A stretch of 20,000 nt of DNA from an uncultured virus (IMG/VR IMGVR_UViG_3300001682_000284) (lineage: Duplodnaviria > Heunggongvirae > Uroviricota > Caudoviricetes): the IMG/VR virus record IMGVR_UViG_3300001682_000284. One strand, written 5' to 3'. The first letter of the stretch is position 1. Each line of letters starts with the position of its first letter. Made by a program: the position numbers and the translations under genes. Shown here piece by piece: positions 11,183 through 20,000 of the stretch. The notes below the pieces were generated by a model. It saw only the letters and a list, made by a program, of their open reading frames with translations. It was not told where the DNA came from and did no database searches.

Positions 11183-12691
11183 ATGGCAGTTAAGAAGTAC
11201 AAGGTTGGGGAATTAAGAAATGGAACGGAAGTCTTGCCTCCTTAGAAGAGAAAGACCATTCTATTCATTAGCGATCTCCATCTAAGACATAGTGGATTAG
11301 GAAGTCAAAAGAAATAGATTATCTATGAAACCTGTCATCGATACAACTATATAGATATAGGGTTTATCGAAGGTATTAATCCACAAGCACAGTATCCAAT
11401 GTAGGATATAAGTCAAAAGGTTCAAGGGGAAACTGGAGTAGCTGATGCTAGCGTTAGAATATTACCTTATGACATATATGGTCAAGATGTAGTTAAGAAA
11501 CAGAAGGATTTATTGAATTATATCGATCAGCTTAAACCTGACGCATTATATCATTTTACTGATCCTCACTCTTGGTATTGGTTGTATTAGATTTAGAATT
11601 TGATTAGATCTAAGATTCCAATTATTTATTACAATATTTGGGACAATTTGCCATACCCTAAATATAATGAAAGATTCTACTCTTGCTCGGATCTGATAAT
11701 GAACATATCTAAACAGACTCAGAATATTGTAAACAATGTTTGCGTTAATTACAAGAGAGAACCTTGGCAAACTAAATATGTACCACATGGTATTAATATG
11801 GAGACGTTTAGACCTTTAGGGAAGAACAATGCCACATATAAAGCTGTGTCAGATATAGTAAAAAGAGATGATTATGATTTCATCTTCTTGTTCGTTAATA
11901 AGAACATTATACGTAAACAAGCATGTTTAATCATGTAGGCGTTTAAGTGGTTCGTTAACAACTATTTAACTCCCGAACAGAAGAAGAGAACTTGTTTAAT
12001 CATGAAAACTTAGGTAATCTATGGACCAGGCATGCCTCTTAATATTTATCAAGAAGACATCATTCACGATCCAACCGTGGACATTAAGTTTATCAGTCAA
12101 GGAATGGACCAACATGAATTAGTAGCACTTTATAATTGTGCGGACGCATTGATTTCTTATTCCACAGCAGAAGGCTTTGGATTATCTAGTGCTTAGGCTA
12201 TGGCGTGTGGCAAACCATTCATCGCTCCTGTTATTGGTGGACTTCAAGATCAAATGGGATTCGAAGATGAAGATGGCAATTTATATGTAAATAACACTGA
12301 GCTCCCCTCTAATTGTTATAAAGCGTTAACAAAACATAAACCGTGGGCATTTCCAATATTCTTTAGCGGACTGGGTGCAACTGGTTCCATGATAACTCCT
12401 TATATTTATGAAATGTATCATAGTTTAGAAGATTTGATATAGGCGATGAAGATGGTTTATTAGATGCCAAAATAGTAGAGAGAAAAAGTTGGATTGGAAG
12501 CAAGAGAATGGATGCAAACCTAGGAAGTTAAAATGACTTCATCTTGGATGGCACAATCTATGGTAGAAAATATTGATTAGATGTTTGCTAAGTGGAAACC
12601 TAAAAAAGAATACAAAATGTTTAAAGGCATTCCAATAATTAAACATACAAATGCGGGTTCGTTTGACCCAATTAAGAAGATTTGGGAGTAA
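11183..12691 (+). CDS. GT-B fold glycosyltransferase (GT4-like) 1
   Basis: ILFISD...HSGLG, HFTDP, IWDNLPYP, YVPHGI, NKNIIRKQ, LYNCAD and EGFGLSSA[E]AMACGKP (E-x7-E), followed by GGLQDQM. Confidence 0.92.
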
Positions 12692-12693
12692 TT

Positions 12694-13950
12694 ATGTAGA
12701 AAAAGAATATAGCTTTAGCAGCACCTTTCACCTCTTACAGTGGATACGGTTAGTATGGTAGATCAATAGCTTTAATGGTTGTTGATCTTTACAAGGATAA
12801 TACAGATATAACTGTATCTCTGTTTGATTTAACTGGTGGAACTTTAGGATAGAGTGAAAAATTTGATCTAAAATCTTCTAAATTTAATTAGATATAGCCT
12901 TACATTAAGGCTAATGAATAGATATAGAAATAGTTTTTTGATATCTTTATGACAGTATCTATTCCTATGGCATTTGTCCAAAGGGGGTTGATCAATATAG
13001 GAATTACTGCCTTAGCAGAAGTAGATAAGGTTCATCCTCAATTGATATAGCATTGTAATCGTATGGACGAAGTGTATGTGATGTCCGATTTCAATATTGA
13101 CACATTAAAACGCTCAATATTTAAACTTCAAGATGAAAGATAGATTAAATTGAATGTTCCTGTGGATAAGATAGGAGTTCCATTTATTTAGATTACTAGC
13201 AAGGGTAAAACTGATATTACCGATTTCATCACTTCCATCCCTCAGAAGTTCTTATTTCTTTCAGTAGGAGAATGGTTACCAGGATCCATTGGAAACGATA
13301 GAAAGGATATTGGTGCATTAATTTCAACATTCTTGAGAGGATTTGCTAACAATAAAGACATAGGATTAGTCTTAAAGACCAATCAAGGAAGATCATCCCT
13401 TCTATCTTAGTATGGAATTAGAGAAAGAATGAACGAAATTGCAAAGGGATTAGGTATTGAAATTACATTTCCTAATGTCTTTTTCATTAGCGGAAATCTA
13501 ACCTAGTCTCAAATGTTAGAAATTTATAATCATGATAAGATCAAAGCCTATGTAACCTTTACACATGGAGAATCATTAGGTATTCCAATTATAGAGTTTA
13601 TTGGTAACACATAGAAACCTGTGATATTGCCATATCATTCAGGAATGTTAGAATACATTAAACCTGAATATAGTTAGATATTAATTCACAAATAGGTACA
13701 AGTACATCCAGAACTATTCCAATCATTTATGAGAGAGTTTGTAATACCCGAATCGAAATGGTACACTGTCGATTATCAATATTCCCTGTTTAAGATGGGC
13801 TAGGTAGTCAACAACTATAATGTTGTAGCTGGAAGAGCTAAGCATCAAAAAGAACATATTAAATAGAACTATTCAAAAGAAAAGATTCAATAGAAATTGG
13901 CTCTTATGCTGGATAAGCATCTAAAATAGGAAGTATCGCTTGATTTATAA
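12694..13950 (+). CDS. GT-B fold glycosyltransferase (GT4-like) 2
   Basis: APFTSYSGYG[E]YGR, NIGITA, CNRMDEV, FLFLSVGEW, DRKDIG, LVLKT and THGESLGIPIIEF (E-x7-E). Confidence 0.9.
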
Positions 13951-14684
13951 TGGCAGTAAAGAAAAAGATCACTAAGTCTAAACCTAAGAAACCGCCTAGA
14001 AGATATGACCATAAAAGGAATTTATTCTAGAACAAAAGGTTCAAGTTTTAGAAGAAAATCAATAAGAATTAGTTACAACCAGGAATGATTGTAACTTTTG
14101 CTTATAAGGGGATGAATGTTCATGACCCTCAACCTTTAGTTTTGGTGTTAAACAAATATTGGTTGGGTAAGCTACACGGAATAAACCTGAATTATTGCAA
14201 ACCTAGTTAGGTCAATGCTATTGCTAAGATTGTATCGGGAAAAATAGATGCTAAACAAGAAAAATTAGGTCAGAAGTACAATCTTACGAATCCTTTCGGG
14301 TTCTACCACACTTCGCTCAAGAGAGCAATTTTAGGATTGGGAAAGAGCATATACCGAACTTACTTTTTTTCAGGAGTAATGCAACCTAAATTGTTAGACT
14401 TTAAATTTGAAAAGTCTAAAGGGAAATAGGTTTTAGTGTTCACAGATAAGTAGGGTAAAACTCAAGTACAAGTAACTAAGATCAAATCTAGAGAAGCAAA
14501 GAGAGTTACAAAAAAGAAACCACAGGATATCTAGCAGAAAGTTAGTTTAACTAGAAAACAAAAGAATGTAAAGGTTATTCCAAATAATAAGCTTACTTCA
14601 TCTAGAGGCACACCTAGAACTTTACAAGTAAAAAATGTATCGACAATATCAGAACCTCAAGTAATTAAGGTTAAGGAAAAATGA
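13950..14684 (+). CDS. T4 gp2-like DNA end protector / basic DNA-binding virion protein
   Basis: PGMIVTFAY...D..PLVLVL....LHGINLNY and YRTY resemble gp2-family motifs. Lys/Arg-rich termini. Confidence 0.6.
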
Positions 14685-14685
14685 T

Positions 14686-14991
14686 ATGAATAAGATGGGG
14701 CTATTTTCAACTATTCCTAAATTAATAAAGGCTATCCAAGTTGAATAGGTTTAGGAAATATATGATCCTAAGAGCGGTTAGAAGTTTCTAGCTCAAATAG
14801 GGGATTGGAAGGTGATAGATGAAAGGGGAAATGTTTTCGTTATCAACTATTTCTAGTTTGTTGAGAGATATTCCCCTGCAGATTCCACATCGTTTTAGAT
14901 GTTTACAAAGAAAGATTAGATATATGCTTCCAGAGGTAGAATTTTTAACTAGTTGAGAAGCAATATTAAACATATTATAGAATAGAAATAA
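14686..14991 (+). CDS. Hypothetical phage protein (PGDYG/GDW-like motif)
   Basis: KAIQV...AQIGDWKVIDERGNVFVI..F[E]FVERY. Tightly packed between neighbours. Confidence 0.6.
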
Positions 14992-15015
14992 TTGGAGATC
15001 AATAAAAATTAAAGA

Positions 15016-15777
15016 ATGGCAGAGACAAGAGATCTTATAGTTCGTTCCAGTAATAAAACCACACATACAAAATCCTTTATAAGGATAGGGGATGAGTCCC
15101 CATTATCCGTTTCAGAAACAGGTTCTTCAATTTAGTTTCTTGGTGATTTATCTGATATCGCCAAGACATTTGATACCCAAGGAAAGGCTTCTGCGTTTAG
15201 AATAAGACATGATACAGTTAATGGTTACTTAATCTTTGAAGGTAGAAGTGGCAGTAATGGACCATATCAGTTAATGAGATTAAATGACGATACTAACACA
15301 GTTACATTTGGTGGCACAGTAGCCTTCGAAGATATTAGTTTTGATTAGATTACTGGCAGTCATATTTATGTTGGCACTTCATCTAGATTATTAGGCACTA
15401 CGTCAATATCATTCTTATCTATGACAAGTTCTTTAGGAACAGCATCAATTTGGTACGATGGAACTTAGTTGCACATCGACGGATTTAGTTCTAAGGGAAC
15501 TAGTTGGAAAACTCAATATAAAATTACTGCTTCTTACGATTCGAATAGCTATTACAATGTCTACACTTCCAGTGCAACTCAAGTAATTTAGGATTATAAC
15601 TATTTATCGGTATTTCTCAATGGATCCCTTCTTTATGCCAGCGGTTCAATTGCTGATTGGGACTATCAAACGGGAAGTAGTTTAGTTACACCCTCTATCA
15701 AATTCAGATATAATCTACCATACACCTAGTAGGACGAATGGTGGTTAGGTTACATATACAGCGGAGGAGAATCTTAA
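15016..15777 (+). CDS. Probable virion structural protein (Ser/Thr/Gly-rich)
   Basis: Open frame with TAG as sense. Beta-rich composition, C-terminal LSVFLNG..L......DY pattern, TAATG overlap with the next gene. Confidence 0.65.
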
Positions 15778-15962
15778 TGGTATATAACATACCTAATTTT
15801 GCGCTAATCAAATAGTACGACTACTATTATGTGGTGGAGTCTTGTTCATTATCGACTGAGAATGATTAGATTTAGATAACGACATTCAATACTATATAGT
15901 AGTTGCATTAGTACGCAACAATTAATAACATAGAATTGCCTATCTAGGAAATTACAGAATAA
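15777..15962 (+). CDS. Small acidic hypothetical protein (61 aa, 7 TAG)
   Basis: TAATG overlaps at both ends. Confidence 0.6.
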
Positions 15963-17422
15963 TGGCTACAGCAACAGTAACTAGGACGATATCAGATACA
16001 GAACATCGAATCACTGTAACTTCTACAGGTGGTGTAGGAAACGTATCCACAATAGCATAGGTGTATGCTGCAGTGATCGCAGCATAGTCTACTGCAATGT
16101 CTTATGATAGTGGTACCAATACATATACACTACGTAGATTAACTAGTACATTTTCTTCATTTTATATAGGTGCTAATTCTACAGTCTAGATTCCTTAGGG
16201 TACTACATTTATTAATTAGGGAACTACTACTGCACGTGCGTCAAATAAGGTATTTTAGATATCCGAAGATGGAAAGCTAATATTAAAGCCTGGTAGTAGA
16301 ATTAAATTCAGTTAGGCTGGTGGATATCTGTACTTTTATGGTATAGTTAGTGCAGTTGGCACAGCAGCTAACCCTATAATTTGGTAGTCTTATAGATCTT
16401 GCTATTGCTATAGTAGAACTGTAGGTGGCCAAACTAGATTTTAGTGGGTAACATTCAAAAATAATACATATTCAACTGGATATTATTTTTATTTTTCGCA
16501 ATACAATCAATATCGTGCAATACCAATGATATTTAAGAATGTAAAATTTATACGCGATAATTCATCAAAATATGGTCACCCATTCTATTTTTCACCTGGT
16601 GGTATGTATTCAAATGTATAGGTAGATGGTTTTTAGTGTGATTATACTAATGTTATAGTGATTTATGGTTGTTCTGTTAAATTAAAGAATGGAATTATTA
16701 AAAATTTAGCAGGTAATAATATCACCATAAAAGGTGGTGGAAATGTAATATCACCGGCATATTAGACTAGTAAGGACGACACTACATTTCCAACTGGAAG
16801 ATTTCAATCTATGGTTGTACTATAGAATATATAGTTTGATAAACTTGCAAGTACTAGTGCCTACGCAATATACGCAGCGTATAATTCATTAGTATATGTA
16901 AAGAATTGTACGTTTACAGTTACTTCTGGACCAGTGTATCGGGGTGTGTATACAGGGTATGGAAGTACTTTAATTTAGAATAATAATGATTATACCGATA
17001 TTATGTCTAATACTTCAAGAAAGTTGATATCTACAACACCAGGGATATTACTACACGGGCATTAGCTAGATTTAACAGTATTAGATTAGAACAATCAACC
17101 AGTAAATGAAGCAACTGTAACAGTCATTCAAAAATCTAATCCATCTAAATAGCGTTGGTCTGGTCTAACTAACTAGAATGGTAAACTACTAACCGTATAT
17201 AACGACAATCCTGTGTACATATAGAAGGAATAGACCAGTTTAAATGCCTTTCAATACTGGTCAAATCCTGGACACACATTAATGGTTAATAAATCTGGGT
17301 ATAAGCCTAGTATTCAATACTTGTCATTTACTCAAGACAAGACCGTGGTAGTAAAACTGTAGATTCAGCCAGACACAATTGATATTCCTGGATTATAGAT
17401 AGGTTAGGGGATAGTATTTTAA
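15962..17422 (+). CDS. Probable tail-spike/fibre-like protein with beta-helix region and C-terminal beta-sandwich (486 aa, about 24 TAG)
   Basis: No TAA/TGA for 486 codons. AVGTAANPII, FKNVKF and VKNCTF are beta-helix-like. LTVLD[E]NNQPVNEATVTV...TN[E]NG...VNKSGY resembles a carboxypeptidase-regulatory-like domain. Confidence 0.7.
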
Positions 17423-17424
17423 TT

Positions 17425-17895
17425 ATGGCACTTAATATTGGCAGAGGAATAAAACTACAAGGCGGATTGTCCATAGGTAAACAGCAAATTCTGTCGACGA
17501 AGTATTATACCATACAAAATATAGTTTGGCGTGTAATTAATAATAGTTAGTCAATGGAAGGATTTATTTCCCCATATGATACATGTTAGTTTTTTTATTC
17601 TAAGGAAGCAGATAAGTGGAAGTGGATTATATACAGAGATGATGATTTTGCCTACGTATATTAGAGAAAGGATGATACTTTTGAAGGATTTCGTAATGAT
17701 AAAGATAAAGTTCTAATATATACATACAATCCTAATAATGTATCTTATAAAGGATGGCCTAGATGCCTAATAGATTTGAAATGCGACACATTTTATGACG
17801 GAACAAGAGAAATCACAGTCTACCCTAGGGGATAGTGGTACAAACCTAATGCATATTATTAGAATATACTTGCTTAGGCTTTACAATCAATATGA
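17425..17895 (+). CDS. Hypothetical (likely virion-associated) protein
   Basis: Open with TAG as sense. N-terminal MALNIGRGIKLQGGLSIG. Ends in TGA. Confidence 0.65.
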
Positions 17896-17904
17896 CAAAT
17901 TTTA

Positions 17905-18154
17905 GAGTTAAAAGGGAGATGATATAGTCCGATCTACATAGAAATATGTAGTTAACATCAATGCAATACACTGCGTAGGAGGATTAATAACGTGGTCCCA
18001 TATAACTGGATGAATTCGGTGAACATCTTAACGAGAAAGACGAAGACAATACCGAGCCAAGCCAAGAGCCAACTCTTGGAAGGTGTAGAGACTACTGGAG
18101 GAAGAATGGTCTTCCTTAATAACCAGCTTGAGCGTCCAGCTACCCTTTTAACTC
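17905..18154 (+). ncRNA. Circularly permuted group I intron ribozyme (IA-like, opened in L8) flanking a 21-nt internal exon
   Basis: P8 3' strand 17905-17918, J8/7-P7' ATGATA-TAGTCC 17919-17930, P9 GAAA hairpin 17934-17951 and omega-G near 17963 all precede P1 (17981-17998), P3, P4, P5, P6, P7 (GAGACTA 18088-18094), P7.1, P3' and the P8 5' strand (18140-18154). Confidence 0.85.
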
Positions 18155-18175
18155 ATTTTAAGGAAACAACAATTA

Positions 18176-20000
18176 ATGGATAAAGTAATTTTAAACGGAA
18201 ACAAGGCAAGATTCTATAATGAAGGTAATACCTAGTCAGGCTCTATACAATATACGGATAGTAAACTATCTATAAAGGGAAATAGTGCAGGTAGTGGTGT
18301 ATTAATTACTGATGGTAAATTACATTTAAAAAGTGGAAATTCTACTAGTAGTATTACATATAATGCTTCTACAGAAGGAGTTCAGTTTCCAGATGGGTTG
18401 GTTATTATTGGGTAGAATTATGCTGGTAATTATCATGACGTTATTAAGATCAAACATAAAAGTACACCTAAATATTCAGTTTCTATATTAATAGCCGATG
18501 AACCATTCGATGTTGGATTTGCTGCGCCCATTGGATCTTTAGGGTTATATACTGAAGAATCGGGGAACTTATACGGTAAATATGGAAATGCCGATGAAGA
18601 GTGGGGTATGTATGTTAGAACTAATAACTCCGGAGTTGTTTAGCAATTAACATCATCTACTATTCAATTAAAGAATGCAACGAATTAGTCTAAAAGTGGA
18701 AGCATTAGTATTAATGGCTCGTCAAAGTTAGAAGTATCTACAGGAATTTATAGCTTGGGAGATATATATGCGCATGGGACTTTGCAGTCATATAGTGGAC
18801 TATACGTCTATAGCGACGATGGCATGAACAATATATTTAGCGTCACTAATGGTGGAGTATGGTCATATTATAATATCGGCGCATCAGATTCGTAGTATCC
18901 TACATATATTGTTATAGGAAACTCAGAGGTTGATTCGTATATTACCTTAAATTCTGATACGTATTACGTTGGTAATAATTATTTTAACAAATCATTACAA
19001 AGCAACACATTCACTACTGGTTTTGGTGGTTCAGGTTTTGCAATATCTCAATCTAATGGTAGATATATTGCTCAATTCGACGATCTTTGGGTTCGTGGTT
19101 CTATGAATGTTTATGAAATGGTTATTAATCAAATAAGAGCGACAAATGGTTCTCTCTGGATTTCAGATGCCAGTAAAGCAATAAGTGCGTCTTATGATTC
19201 AATAAATAAACGAATAGTATTAAGATTTTAGACTGGTTCTTTAATTCCCTTTATTGCTGGAGACATTCTTCGTTCTAAACGCTGGGGAGTTTCAGGTTCT
19301 ACAACACAATCCGTTTGGGATATTACTACTACAGTTTCTGCTGTCAATTATGCTACTGGATATGTGACACTGTCCGCACCATTAGCGAATAATTCATATA
19401 CTGTAACTGGTTCTGCAAATGGAACTTGGGCACAATTTGTTTCTAAGATTTCTAATTCTGGCTCTTAGTGGGTAAGAGTTGGAAACACCACTAATCCAGA
19501 TAGAAAGGGTTCAATATATATAACTTCTAATGATATTGGTGGACCATTTTTAGATGTTTATGATGGAGTGTCTAGTTCAGTGCAGGCTACTTCAGGTGCA
19601 AGCCAAAGTGTCACTTCTTCTAAGGTCAAAGTTAGAATTGGTAAGCTTAAAGGTATAGTAGATCCCACATTCAATCCTTCGGCATTAAGCGGTTACGGTT
19701 TGTATTCAGATAATGTATTTCTCAAAGGCACTATTAGTGCAAAAGCTGGTGATATAGCAGGTTGGAATCTTAACGATACATCCATTTATAAAAAGGTTTC
19801 TGGTAATACATTTTCAATAACTAATTCTGTAGATGGTGCTGGTTTATTCGTGTATAGTGGAACAAATCCCGTATGGAACAATAGCAGTACAAAAGTATAT
19901 ATTGGTTCAGATGGTAAGTTTTCACTTGGAAATAAATTAAAATTTAGTGGGGGTCAATTATCAATTTCAGGCATCGAAGCTGATGTTGGTGAACTTGGTG
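18176..20000 (+). CDS. Large tail fibre / host-specificity-type structural protein (partial, runs off the window)
   Basis: AAGGA RBS. Gly/Ser/Thr-rich. FTTGFGGSGF..AQFDDLWVRGSMNVYEMVINQIRATNGSLWISD, VRVGNTTNPDRKGSIY, GPFLDVYDGV and GYGLYSDNVFLKG patterns recalled from phage tail proteins. Confidence 0.8.

Noticed and set aside
675..15066. Minus-strand ORFs in the track (675, 4250, 5274, 7942, 10477, 11546, 14788)
   Set aside because: They are shadows of well-supported plus-strand genes and show no recognisable motifs.
149..17895. TGA reassignment
   Set aside because: TGA terminates several genes with ATGA overlaps (149, 2668, 6578, 10923), and Trp is encoded by TGG.
17934..17951. Rho-independent terminator hairpin
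   Set aside because: There is no U-tract. A GAAA tetraloop hairpin directly after TAGTCC fits P9 of the ribozyme.
17992..18183. 63-aa ORF as a conventional protein gene
   Set aside because: Its sequence is explained by the group I core (P3-P8). It is kept only as a possible regulatory frame.
148..20000. Mass pseudogenisation or G-to-T damage explaining the in-frame stops
   Set aside because: Only TAG interrupts frames. There are no in-frame TAA/TGA (expected from GAA/GGA damage), no frameshifts, and catalytic motifs are intact.
148..20000. TAG=Gln (genetic code 15) or pyrrolysine
   Set aside because: TAG sits at Glu-consensus sites (NISPET, E-x7-E, YERHF) while conserved Gln sites use CAA/CAG. 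TAG is also far too frequent for Pyl.
1..20000. Suppressor tRNA in this window
   Set aside because: No cloverleaf was seen, and the only long non-coding stretch is the group I element.

Overview
AT-rich, densely packed, all plus-strand segment of a large dsDNA bacteriophage. The supplied ORF track is fragmented because this genome does not use TAG as stop. Reading TAG as sense gives about 24 abutting or overlapping genes that end only in TAA or TGA. At conserved motifs the in-frame TAGs sit where glutamate is required (PolB NISP[E]T, GT-B E-x7-[E], thymidylate-synthase-fold HLY[E]RHF), not glutamine, so the code appears to be TAG=Glu rather than the known phage TAG=Gln code. Gene content: end of a class II ribonucleotide reductase, ClpP-like protease, sigma-70-like factor, T4 gp42-like thymidylate-synthase-fold enzyme, dUTPase, family B DNA polymerase with a mini-intein, DinG/XPD helicase, metallopeptidase, DUF6378, PD-(D/E)XK nuclease, SLOG-like protein, DUF4494, two GT-B glycosyltransferases, a gp2-like DNA end protector and tail/structural genes. 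Between two structural genes (17905-18154) lies a complete group I ribozyme core in circularly permuted order (opened in L8), enclosing a 21-nt micro-exon. All translations and pairings were done by hand and no database searches were run. [E] marks a TAG codon.
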